Shown one piece after another: positions 12,573 to 24,989 of a stretch of DNA of 64,000 nucleotides. Source of the DNA: Podarcis liolepis (lineage: Eukaryota); assembly GCA_965112155.1 (NCBI GenBank), contig OZ218106.1. One strand, written 5' to 3'. Position 1 is the first letter of the stretch; each line of letters opens with the position of its first letter. Made by a program: the position numbers and the translations under genes. The notes below the pieces were generated by a model. The model worked only from the letters and a program-made list of their open reading frames with translations, had not been told where the DNA came from and did no database searches.

Positions 12573-14881
12573 CAGTGCAGTATAGTGGTACTGTACTGCT
12601 ATTCAAGAATATTGGCCATGATCCCATAACTCCATGTGTGTACTTAGGTATGAGTTTACCAAGTTTTTCTATTCTTTCAAATGAACAGTTGCCATACGAC
12701 TGGGTTGATGTTTTTCTTTTTCCATTCACGACCACAAGATTTCTTTCCTGGTCTGCTTCACCAGTTCAGTTTAATTTGAACAAAATTCTATACAACACAT
12801 CCCACCCCCATACCAAAAAAACCCACACCTTTCTTGAAAAATGACTGTGACTTATGGGTCTGGGTTAGTCTAGTTTTAGAAGATAATTCATCCTTATTAT
12901 TTTTTTTACAGTGAACCTTCTTTCTGACATGGGCTATGTAGCAGAGACATTGCTAATGACAGGCCTGGGAGAATATGATAATCAGCTTTTTTGCTACATT
13001 ATGAAGACTTACACAGTCTCTGTGTGTTTTCCCCCTTCAAAGAATATGCACAACATTCTTTAAATATTTTCCCCACTGCTCCTGAAAATAAATGACTCTG
13101 CCACAATTTGCAACAGTGCCATCCATACTTAAATGAGAGGTATTGAACTGCCTGACTTCCTGGCATAATTTACAAAGCATTAAGCTTCAGTGAATAAAAT
13201 ATTCCATGTTTGTCCTCAGTTTCAGGCAGAATAAGACAATTTGCACTGTGGCATGTTCTTCCACAACTGAAACACATTTTTTCACAGTGTTAAATCATGG
13301 TAGCTTACTTGCTTTATTATATACCTTTACAAAGTATTACCTTCCATTTAATTTTGTTAAATTGTTTCATCTTGCCCACAAGGATTTATCTGTGTTATGC
13401 TTAACACAACACAGAGTTTACCAACTTTGTTCCTGAAGTCTAATTACATGCAAAGGTGGCCAGTTTTATTATTTTATTATTATTTAGCTCTGGTGAACTA
13501 TGACTGAAAATGATAACACAGACTATTAGGTATGATCTGAAAAATAAGCAGGTAATCTCTCTTATTATTATACCCCTTTTACTGCACGCATTTCAAATAT
13601 GGTTTAAAAATGAATGAAAATCCTATTATATTTATTGACATTTTCTGCATGAAATGAGAGGGTTTAAAAAATATGACATAAAGCTATATTCTGTACCAAC
13701 AAAGGTGCCTATAAGTTAACTTGGAATGAAGAAATGAAATTACTGTGACAGTCCAGTGTAATATCAGAACAGCAATTTAAAGTTACATTAAATATAACTT
13801 TATATGCTGCAACTTGCTGCTTTTCGGCTTTTCGTAACAGATGTCCAAAAAGCAGAGTGCCACCTTTTTATTGAATATGCTCAGACATCTTTTTATGCAG
13901 CATACATGGCACTGCAGTTTAAATTTTCCTGCAAGTACTTTGCATAAATATTGTCAAAGTGGTTAAAATTACCTGGGCAAATAATTAAAAGCTGGAATGA
14001 AACCAGGTTTTGATTGAAGTATTCTGGGTAATTTGTATTGATACAAAATGTATGCCATGCTTAAGCCCCACATCTTTACAGAATCAAAGCACCAGAGAAA
14101 ATGTAAAGCACTCAGGCTTCAGGCATCGGATAAGATTTATGAAGGGAAGCGAGCAGGAAGAAAAAACGGGTATAACTGATGGAAATCAGGCTCAGAAAGA
14201 GTCTTTTTTATCAATATGACTGGCTCAAAGCAAAACCAAGATCAGCAGTATCCAGAGTTGCAACCAGGTAGACAGTCAAAGGAAACCAGTAAGAGGGACT
14301 GGGAAAAGGAAATTGCATAGTACCAGAGGAGGGGCAGACTTTGGTAATCTTTGGTAGTATGGTGCCCTGAGCGGGCCCAAAATCTGGTGCCCCTAATTGG
14401 ATCTTCTCAGTTGTAGATCTTCTCAATTTTGCACCCCCTCGACTCGGCACCCTATGTGGGGAAACCACCCACACTTCCCTAAATCCAGCACTGGCTAGAG
14501 ATGGTATTCTGTCCTGGACAAGGAGCTCACAGAACATGATTGGTTTGGGCAGTGAGAAAAGCTCCAGGTGAGCAACTTGATAAACTATTGTGAGGGCGAA
14601 TTAAAGACTTTTATGCCTCCAAGGCTAGATCACTCTCTCAAATGCTATCCCTTTCATCCAAAATAACCTTCACTGCAAATGGCGAGTTGTAGTCCTAGCA
14701 TATAGGCCTAGAGGAAAGGACCCACTAGTATCAAGAAAAGTGATATGGTTTAGGACTTCCATATTATCTGAAGGAGTCACCAGGGTCTCAGTATTCCACT
14801 TATCCTCCAGCTCTCCTGATTTACAAACCATGATTCCACTTGAAGATTCTGGTTTTAAACAAGCAACCAGGTTGAGACATT

Positions 14882-14907
14882 GTGTGTGTGTGTGTGTGTG
14901 TGTGTGT
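14882..14907. repeat. (TG)n microsatellite
   Basis: Read directly. Confidence 0.95.
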
Positions 14908-17900
14908 TAGAGAGTGTTTTGACATGCACATTAGATGAAGCCTTAAGTTTTGTCAGTTGATGCTTTATGTAACCTAGACATAGTTTTTTGATTCTCCAAA
15001 GGAACTGCATGAAGCATGGCTGTCTTTACCCTGCAAAGAATAGGCATGGGGTGGTGGACAGAGTCATGTGACTGATTCTAGATCTCCTATAAACTTATCT
15101 AGCTGAATCTTCAGTCTAAGAACAAGCTGAATGCTTGAAGAGCGATGATCAAATACACATATGTCTTTGTAAATATAGCTAAGAATTTTATATGTCATAC
15201 ATACATGGATTTTATATGGCATACCCCATATAAAAAACTGGGACATTCCATTTTTTATGCAAGAGCGTGGCAGTCGTTTTGCATATCGTGATCTCACACA
15301 ATTTTGCACTGAGCTGTCACACCAGAAAACCAGTTTTTTGGGGCCGCGATCCCGTGCAGCGCCCCAAAGCACATGTTTTCAGGTGTCATGCTCTTGCATG
15401 AGAGCATGGCCCACAAAAAGTGCTTCTTTGGGGCTCTGTGATTTTGTGCGGGTCATGTGACTTGCACAGGAGCACTGCCAGGAAGACACACATCCCAGTT
15501 TTGGGACTCAACGTATCTGAGATGAGATACACATAAACTATTGCAATTAAATGTTGTTTTAAAAAAGAAATCAATATATCAATATGTTTTGTATTGACAT
15601 TAAGGGATGCTGTCATCTTTAATATTTAAATATGTTAAAACAGAAATTTACTAGTAGATCATTGACCTCTATCTTTGGCATGAGAATTGATTGATTGATT
15701 GATTGATTGATTTGATTGTCTGTCTTTATTCTAGAAACTAAAGGGAATCAGTATAGCTGTTGCTGTAGAACTGTTGCTGAGGAACTGAAATCTGTTGACA
15801 ACTATTATATGGCTACTAATATCTAATAATTCAGTGTGTCATCACATGCTTTCCTTCTTTGTCTGAAAGTATTTCAGGTGGGATGGGGTGGTGAAAAGAA
15901 AGCTCTGAACCAAATTTTAAGTTACTGAGAGCACGTTCTGTGGATCCAGATTGCATGTTCAGCAATGATAAAATGACATACATAATACGGGGGAAAGCTC
16001 TTTCCCCCCTTTAATTTGATTCATAATCCTTATCAATTCAATCAAATTAAAACCCATATTTTTTATTAAAAGGTGCTAAAACAAGCAATATAGGAATTGT
16101 GATAAAGCTAGGTTTCAATATATAATAAAATACACAAGTTTCTGCACAGCAAGAGCATGGCTTTGTACCACCGCTATGCTTGGAAATTTCCAAGTGGGAT
16201 ATAAACCCCAGTCCCGTGGAGTTGCTAAATCACACTTATTTTGGTTATTATAGGGTATTAGCAGATGTGTTCTACTTTCTTGTGTCCCCTGCAGTAATTG
16301 TTTGTTGCTTTTAGTATATCAGTAGTGTGGATCGAGATGGGGGGGGGGGGAGACACCAATTTTATTGTATGGGCCCAAAATCAAAGTTTACTACGAAAAA
16401 TATATTTATTTTTCTTTTCTACAGTAAGGAAGTTTCTTCTGAGTTATTGAGAGCTATTAACAGAGAGTATAGGCAAAAAGGGAACAAGAAATCTGCTCAA
16501 GATCTCTGACTTCATTCTATTTTCTAAAAGGATATTAGAATTAAATTGCAGTAGATCCCCTTCCTTAGCACAGCTGTGCTTCTTGAAGTATTTTCCCCAG
16601 TATAAACCATGGTGTTGTGAAGGCACAGGTAGACACAGGAAACCATTGCCCATCTAGCTCAGTAAATGTCTACACGGACTGGTAGATGCCAGGGTCAAGA
16701 ATACATTGCTCTAACTAACTTGACCGCAATGAGTTTTTTAGAATCTGACATGTCCTGATCAGTTTAAGGAGTCATCTCACTGTATTCAAACCTGGAAAGT
16801 TAGTTGACTGCCCTCAGGATGGAGCTGCAGCTCTGAGGCCACTCTTTCCTTTGTTGCTTGGACTGCTGACCATGTGTTGGTCCAGACTACTGGTGATGCA
16901 GGAGTGAAAGCACTGTAGACTGGCTATTGGAGGTCCTGGTTCAAGATGTTCCCTCCACTGGTACCTTACATAGGTATAATACAACACCCTGGTGTTGTCC
17001 CATACCCTGAATGGATTTGCCAATTTGTGGGCCCATGGTTGCTGAGGATGAACTTGACATCTCTATTCCCAGCTCCCTTTACCTCAAAGAGTTGTTAAAC
17101 AATACACAACTTTCAGGCCTCAAACAGCTTTTCAGGTTGTACAAGGAGCTGCAACTGAAAGGCAGCAGCATAAAATCTTTATACTACCAACAGACTTCAC
17201 TGACCATAGTGAAGATCAAACTCATTTTATTTATTTTTGGTTGGTTAGTAATAATTTTAATTTGACCCCTGATAGACCTTTTCCTTGTTCATAAGCAGTA
17301 TGTGGCAAGTGAGAAATATATCAATTTTAAAATTGCATGTGCTGTTAAACCTTGAAGAAGATTTAGTTTGGTCTATCTATACTTGGAAGAAGCAGTATTG
17401 CAAAAGTTAGCTTTGTGTGTGTGTGTGTTTTCGTATCTAAAGCTCTTGTAATCTTCAACAGCTATCATTTATTTTCTTGTCTAATCCTGCTATAGGCCAT
17501 TCCCTTTTGCCCATGAGACTTCCTGTACAAAAAGGCAAATGCGCTGCAGAATTTTCTAACCCTTGTGAGAATGTGTTTGCTATAAACATTCCCTTTTCTT
17601 GACTTGTCTTCACCTTTTTTTCACCTCTTGGAGTGCAGCAGAATAAATCTTAAATGAATCTAACTTTTGCCCTTCTAGCCTCATAGTTGCTGGTCTGTGA
17701 GCAACAAAAACAAAACAAAACCTGGCACTAAATTTAGAGTTGTTTGGACTTGGTGTATTTATATTTAAAACAAAAAAGATGGGAAGAGAAGCATTGAATG
17801 AATGGCTCGGTTGTGGGGGAGAGAGAGACATACCGCATTCCACTAGAGGGTTGTTTTTGTTTTCCCTCCTGGTTTCTGAGTGCCTTACCCTCTTATTTTT

Positions 17901-18371
17901 CTTCATTATTTTCTTGTTTGCTATTTATTTTGTTGCACACCAGAGGTCTGTGCTTTTGATACCAGACAGCATTCTCCTAAAGCAGAAACTATTGCAAAAG
18001 CGTAGTGTATGATGGAGAATACTGACAGGCCATGCTGCATATTCAGCCTTCTCTTATGAAGTAAAGCTCTCCTTTCTTTTTTAGTCAATAAGCCCATAGT
18101 GTAGCACAAAGAATCTAGATAATGCAGCATTCTACCTAATTGAGTAGCTGTGATGGATTGCTTATATTCTTATGGTACAAGCTGCTTGAGGCAAGGTCTC
18201 CTTCAGAGTCACCATTGGTGTCTGATAGTGATGCCCTAGCAGTACTGCTAAGCATAGTGTTTACCCTCATGAGTCAACCTAGCCTGGCAAGCATTCTGTT
18301 ATCCCTCCTCTTTAATGGAAATCACCTTTCTAGATATTCTTTGTTCAGTTCCCGTTCTGGATATTCTATTT

Positions 18372-18694
18372 CATGGGTAGGCAAACTAAGGCCCGGGGCT
18401 GGATCTGGCCAAATCCCCCTCTAAATCCGGCCCACGGGCAGTTCGGGAATCAGCGTGTTTTTACATGAGTAGAATGTTTCCTTTTATTTAAAATGCATCT
18501 CTAGGTTATTTGTGGGGCCTGCCTGGTGTTTTTACATGAGTAGAATGTGTGCTTTTATTTAAAATGCATCTCTGGGTTATTTGTGGGGCATAGGAATTCG
18601 TTTGTCCCCCCCCCCCAAAAAAAATAGTCTGGCCCCCCACAAGGTCTGAGGGACAATGGACCGGCGCCCTGCTGAAAAAGTTCGCTGACCCCTG
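18372..18694. mobile_element. hAT (Charlie-like) MITE
   Basis: Termini catgggtaggcaaact / agttcgctgacccctg. Flanking direct repeat tctattt (18365-18371, 18695-18701). Internal ~63-bp tandem duplication (18455-18517, 18527-18589). Confidence 0.8.
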
Positions 18695-18739
18695 TCTATT
18701 TTTCTTAAATGAATCGCTTTGTGAAACTGAAAGCGATTA

Positions 18740-19153
18740 CAGTGGTACCTCCAGTTGCGGACGGGATCCGTTCTGGAGGTCCAGTGGGATCCCGAGGTTT
18801 CTGCAACTTGAGAACCGCTTCTGCAAATGCACACACGGCAAACCCGGTAAAATACTTCCGGGTTTGCCATTTTCGCATCCCGAAGTTTACGTAACCAGAG
18901 GGTTACATAACCAGAGGTACAGTGGTACCTCGGGTTGCATACACTTCAGGTTACAGTCTCTGCTAACCCAGAAATAGTACCTCGGGTTAAGAACTTTGCT
19001 TCAGGATGAGAACAGAAATTGTGCTCCGGCGGTGCGGCAGCAGCAGGAGGCCCCATTAGCTAAATTGGTGCTTCAGGTTAAGAACAGTTTCAGGTTAAGA
19101 ACGGACCTGCGGAACGAATTAAGTACTTAAACCGAGGTACCACTGTACTACTG
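18740..19153. mobile_element. Tc1/mariner (pogo/Tigger-like) MITE, outer element, interrupted in its right TIR
   Basis: TA|cagtggtacctc ... gaggta[insertion]ctactg|TA. TA duplications at 18738-18739 and 19154-19155. Confidence 0.8.
18920..19145. mobile_element. Tc1/mariner (pogo/Tigger-like) MITE, nested element
   Basis: Perfect 14-bp TIRs cagtggtacctcgg / ccgaggtaccactg with TA TSD (18918-18919, 19146-19147). A second copy lies in the opposite orientation at 61472-61707. Confidence 0.9.
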
Positions 19154-19689
19154 TAATTCCTTTATTCTGTACTGCTATAAATCACCACATACAGGATGCT
19201 GATGTTGATGGGGTATGGGGCCCTCTTCTTTTGGTAGTCATCTATCTTGTTATAGAGTCGTTTTTGCCTGTCACAGGAGAAATGCGTTGTTTTTTGTTCT
19301 TGTTGAGGATTGTATTTCCTTGGGGAATAACCTGTTGGGTAGCGGTAGGCGGTGCTAAAACCAAAGATGAGCAGAGCCAGAGAAAACAGCGCTTGTGGGT
19401 TAATTAATCTGAAATGAAATCTGTGTGCCTTAATTTTCTCCATGACTATCTCAGATTAGAAATCATAATTTGATTCAGATGTACTCAGAAGTAAGTCCCA
19501 ACAAAGTCTATGGGGTTACTTTCAAATAAGCATACAGTTGTGAATTTTTTTTTAGTACAACAAACCAATGCAGCTATTACGTCCAGTCTAGTTTGGCTCA
19601 TATATATTGTGCTAGAAGTAAGCATCGGCAATCCATCCTATTTACACAATTTTAAAATATGCTAGACTACTATATTAGCTATAATAGAT

Positions 19690-20075
19690 ATAGGCAAAGC
19701 TGTCAGTTTCAGTTCCTTTTGGTTTCTCATTTTTCCACTCTTAAATTCACATTTCTCCACATTTCCACATCAGTTTTTATTTTTTTAACAATAGGTTTTA
19801 ATGAAAATTCAGTAGCATTTTAGTGTATTTCCTAAGATACACTCCTAATATATGCAATTTTGCCTACCATACATATTTTTGCAAAGCAATTTCTCCTCCC
19901 ATAAATTATTTTATATGCTACTTTCACTAATATATGCATTTTTGTACATATTACTTGGCTGGCGAACCGCACTGCAAAATTCAGAGCAGTGCAAATTTCA
20001 AAAGACAACCATGTTTTCATTTGAATATTGTTTCAGAAAGTGTACATTAGGTTGGTTTGCCTTTAAATGCAATTT
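19690..20075. mobile_element. Interspersed repeat remnant (probably DNA-transposon derived)
   Basis: Recurrent taatatatgca(a/t)ttttg motifs and resemblance to a common lizard repeat (recall only). Confidence 0.4.
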
Positions 20076-21959
20076 CTAATCTACATTTTAACTAACTTGA
20101 TTAGAAAAAGGGAACCACTTGCATTGCCAGACTTCTTTACAATCTTCTTGGGTCAAAATGGCTACACAACAACAAACCACAATCAGTTCCATCTAGCATC
20201 TGAAGTGATGCTAGATATTGAGAATAAAACAAACGGAGTCTCTGCAGGTGTGGTTTTCCCTCCACTGGAAATTTCTGCAATTAAAGCAGAAAACAGATGA
20301 ACGTCAGAAAAATGGTGGCATGCCAAACATCTCATTCTGTGTGGGCATCTTCAGATTATATTTACTCTATTCTCATAACTCTGTGTGTAAGGTGAGATCA
20401 AGCACAATTCTTAGGGTGGTTGACTCCCCTTCACCCTTCATTAAGTGTCCAAATTGGGAAGAACAATGTTTCTTTGAATACGGCATCTCCCTGGCCTCAT
20501 AAGCTCAACCCTTCCTACATTTCCGTTGGTAGGGTTGGGGTGATCTTATTTTCAAATGAAACTTATACTTCAGATATTACCTTCATATTGTGAGATGGAC
20601 TGTTAGTAGAGTTGTGCAGAATGCACATGCCTAAAACCCACTCCCAATCTCACTATGTGTACAGTTTTTAGTATGTTTCTCCCTGTATCTTTGTCTGTGA
20701 ATGAAAGAGATTAAGAGAGATTTGTGTGGAACCCGTGGATATTGAGAAGAGAACTGCATATCTAGACTAGTGTTATGTGGTAGGAACTGTATCAAACTGT
20801 TAAAAGTCCAACCACTAGTATTTGGATGGCCAACTTCCTCAATAATATTATCTAATGGAGTTCCAGAATGGATATGTGAATTGTATTTTCCCAGTTCTCA
20901 CAGTGCTCTCTATTCAGCTAGTTCATTTGTCACTCATAGCAGTTCCTCAGATAACAAGAAACAGTGGTCATGAAAAATAAAGATTTGATCACCGGTACTG
21001 ATACTATCACAACATAGTCCCTTAAACTATCTATGCTTTTATCAATGCCCGTGTACAGAAAAAGAGGCTAAATTCATTTTTAAAAATGATTGCTGCAATC
21101 AGCTTACATGTAAAGAAAGAGAGGCTAAATTCATTATATAAATTATTCCTTGTGAACTTGTTGACCTTTTCTAGGTATGTGCCATCTTCAGAGACATTCG
21201 CAAGCATTCATACATGAAGAATCTCAATGAAGTATGAAACAGCAAAGAATAATTCTGTGTAGGTAGCATACCCTTAATGCATAGCAGGTGCTATAAAAAA
21301 GACAGCTTACATTTTCCTCATGTCTCAGTGCCTTAAATGTTATGGTACAATGAGCCAGTTAGCTAGCTCTTTGCCCTTGTAGATTGTATTTAAACTGACT
21401 ACACTGACAACCTTCCACAGACAGTCCTGTTAAAATTGATGCTGCCAAGTAAACAGCTGTTTGGGTGGTTTTTAATGTAGATTTCACCCAATTACTAACA
21501 AGAAACTGTCTGCTAGCCTGCTGAAAGCCGTTCTAGTGCTTGAATCTGAACGCATCTAATCTGTTTCAAAGAGCATAAGGGACAGCAAAAGAACGTTTAG
21601 ATCTGGTCTTTGGAGGAGCAACTTTTTTCAATTTGTGCATTTCAAGGCTAAAGTAAAACTTTGCTTAGCCTGCAATGATTAACTTCATACGTTCATGGCA
21701 CGTAGGCACCAGATTTTGAAACCAATAGGAGGGGATTTATTTATTTATTTATTTAAAATGAAAGATACAAGGAAGTACAAAGAAGGGAAGGAGGGAAAAC
21801 ATGAGCCAGGCAGGACATAGGAAGTGGTGGTTCCTAAGCTATGGAGAATCTTTGCCAAGAACATCTGTAGTGTGTTTCTGCCTATAGGCTCAGTTTTTAT
21901 CCATATCAGTTTACTTTAAGTTCCATTTTATATTTGAGATGCTAATGAACCCGGGTATA

Positions 21960-23005
21960 CAGAGTCTCAGGAGACAATGGAAGAGTGTGCCTTCAGGGGT
22001 GAAGTCAAATAGGAGTTACAGCACCTGATGTAGTTGCAGAGACTGATATGGGAGAGACATGTTTTGCTGCAGGTGTTTTGGGGCAGATAAAGGCGTACAC
22101 TTGTGCTGATGCAGGTGTACCATGGCATTTCTTCTTCCTGTAATCCTCCCAGCAGTCCTTTTTCCGCCTGCCACTGTTGTGGATACACAACCTGTCTCTA
22201 GGTGCTGCGGTCATCTGCAAGGGATTTCCACATGGTGGGGTTAATGTTGCCAGCCTTCATACCATATTTGCAGACATCTTTGTAACACAGAGTTGGTCTG
22301 CTGATGGGCCTGGTGCCTGAAGCAAGCTCTCCACAAATCACGTCCTTAGAGATACAGCCATCTTCCATTCTGCGGATATGACCAAGCCAGCGTAGACATC
22401 ACTGAGACAGGAGTGCAAACATGCTGGGAATGTGGGCTTGGGAGAGTCCATCTTTGCTTGAGACTCTGTCCTGCCATGTCATGCCCAAAAACTTCCTGAC
22501 ACAGCACATGTGGAAGGCATTCAGGCGTCACTTCTGGCAAGTGTAAGTTGCCCATGTTTCACTACCATTACCATTGGTCATTAGCATCACATTCTCCATC
22601 ACATACCCTTTTGGAGAGGCAAGCCATTGGCATAGTTGCCTTTCCAATACACTTGTTCAGCTCAGTGTTGATTGTCAGATGTTGTTTATGGTGGAACACA
22701 GATAGACAAAATCGTCTGCTACCTCAAGCATGTGGACACCAATGCTGTTGAGTGGATTTCTGGAAACATTCTGACCTATGACGTTGGTCTTCATTAGGCT
22801 GATTCAATCTTGGGCAAAACAGTTGATGTAGAGCTTTCTCAGAGTGTGTTGTCAAGACTGTGTCATCTGTAAACAACATATAAGGACCTGCCACACTTTT
22901 GTCTTGGTGTGGAGATATGCCAGGTTAAACAGACCCCATTGCTCCTTGAATGGATGTACACACCATATTCAGTTGAGCTGATGGCATAGGAGAGCACCAG
23001 GCAGC
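21960..23005 (-). mobile_element. RTE-clade LINE, 5'-truncated and degraded
   Basis: The minus strand encodes disrupted ORF2 motifs: RP.LCYKDVCK..MKAGNINPTMWKSLADDR and a C-terminal Cys/His knuckle FICP...CSKTCLSHISLCNYIRCC. RT-like remnants lie near 22700-22990. Many stops and frameshifts. Confidence 0.8.
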
Positions 23006-24838
23006 ACTGTCTCTAAGGCAGTTCAGTAGAGCTTGTTTGATGGAATCAGAGAAGCATTCACAAAATTCAGATATAGCTGTTCTAGCTGTGTTGGTTCATG
23101 ACAAAGCAGCACTTTCTGCTTTGTGCCATGGGTCCTCTTTAGCTTGACAGTGCAGTAATGTACTTGCTTACCTATTCTGATAGTTCACCATGTCTTTTGT
23201 GGTACTCTTATGCGATAGAAAAACCCATGAGTAGCTATGTGTAAGTGGAGGCCAGAATCACATGAAATGTAGAAAGTGTATGGTAAGTTGTACACCAGTA
23301 GGTCTCTGAGCAGACATCACCTCCAGCACATGGAGACCGGGTATAGCAAAGAGTGGGATCAGTAGCCACAAGCCCACCAGCAGGTATACCACAATACCAA
23401 GGGGTACCTGGAAATACAAGAGCAATAAATCTCTTAATAGGAAGGGGTGGGAGGAGGAAATAAGTTTGGTTTGTAAGTCAGTTACCTTTATAGTTGTCCA
23501 AAGATTTCCCTTCTCTATTTGGTGGGTGCCTTGTTTTCATGGTGAAATTAGCAATTAATACCAGCTACCTGACAGTTGCATTCCCAGAAAAAAACTGATG
23601 TACCGTGGACATCCTCAGTAACTTTTCTTCCCCTTTTGCCATGTTATCTTACCCAGCATGTATAGGGAATACAGTAAAGGATTAACATTGTTAAGAGTTT
23701 TTAAGCCCTTTGTATCTGACTTGCTCTGAGCACCTCAGGCAGAAACAGGAGCCCTTTACTTAACTACCTTTCCCTCCATACTGTTACTTTATAAATTCAA
23801 ACTTGGAACTCTATACATTTAGCAGCATAGGAATTCTTTTATGACTAACAAGCTTGGTGGCCTGAGCAAATCTGACTCCAGTTTAACATTCATTCTTGAT
23901 CTGGGAATTGGATCTGAATTTACTGGCTTTTAAATGTATTAAATACTGCTTTCTCTGCTCCTGTATTATGAGACAGAATGAAACAATGGCACTGACCAGT
24001 TGCCCTTCATAATTTAGAATACATTAACAAAGTTCCCTTGATACTATTCACTTTTCCAGCCTATATTAAGATGCAATTCCTACTACACCGCTACCCCTTC
24101 TCATTGCCCTGTAGTGGGTTTTTGAAATTAAAGCATTGTGTTGCAAAACTAATTTTCTCCCTAAGGCAGTGTGCATTATTATAGACCTAATCCAATCTTA
24201 GTGCAGAATACTTTCTCCATTTATGACTGGTACAATAAAGGTCCGTGGAGACTCTGCTCCCTGAGTCCTACCATCAGCTGATTTCCACCCCTCCTTTCAT
24301 CTAAGTAATAATTACACTGATTAGAATAATTTCAATGGGTTTTTATAAAAAAAAAGAAAAAAAGAAGTGATGTGGAGAGTGAAATGACATTTTACACCTT
24401 TACTAAAATCTACAATCATGTTTTTATTGCAGAGATTCTTCACAGTTTCATAGGAACTGACTATAAACTGAGTCCCTCAAATCCATAGGAGCTTCTGCCA
24501 CCAATATCCTACCCTGGGGATTCCAATTCCTTTATAGCAAGAGTATCAGATCGCCATAAAATATTCTCTCCTCTGGTCTCTACTCATTCTTCCTATGATC
24601 AAGTCTGCTAAAGAAAGAAATCCCAGAATCATATGCTCCCCTGACAGCTTAGAGATGGGATTTGTGTTGCATGTGTGTGTTTGTCCCCAACAATTTGTCC
24701 TATATATTAGCATATCCCCTCCTCAGCCACATATGCACCAACATCTCCTTTTTAGTTACATGTGTACCTGATCATACATTCATTACATTCATATGATTGT
24801 AGAATGTTATGGACAAATGGCTCCTAATATAGATTTTC

Positions 24839-24989
24839 TGCTGCTCTGGTTCGCCAGAAGCGGCATAGTCATGCAGGCCACATGGTGATGCCTGTACGCC
24901 AGCTCCCTCGGCCAATAAAGCAAGATGAGCGCCTCAACCCCAGAGTCGGTCACAACTGGACCTAATGGTCAGGGGTCCCTTTACCTTTA
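24839..24989 (+). mobile_element. Sauria SINE, 5'-truncated
   Basis: ctgctctggttcgccagaagcggcatagtcatg...ggtcaggggtccctttaccttt, reverse-complementary to the copies at 9398 and 33026. Confidence 0.85.

Noticed and set aside
12287-12844. Longest ORF in the track (185 aa, + strand)
   Set aside because: Non-ATG start, antisense to an L2 fragment and otherwise low-complexity. No domain recognisable.
18455-18589. CRISPR-like direct repeats
   Set aside because: Only two ~63-bp units inside a MITE, in eukaryotic DNA with no spacers or cas genes.
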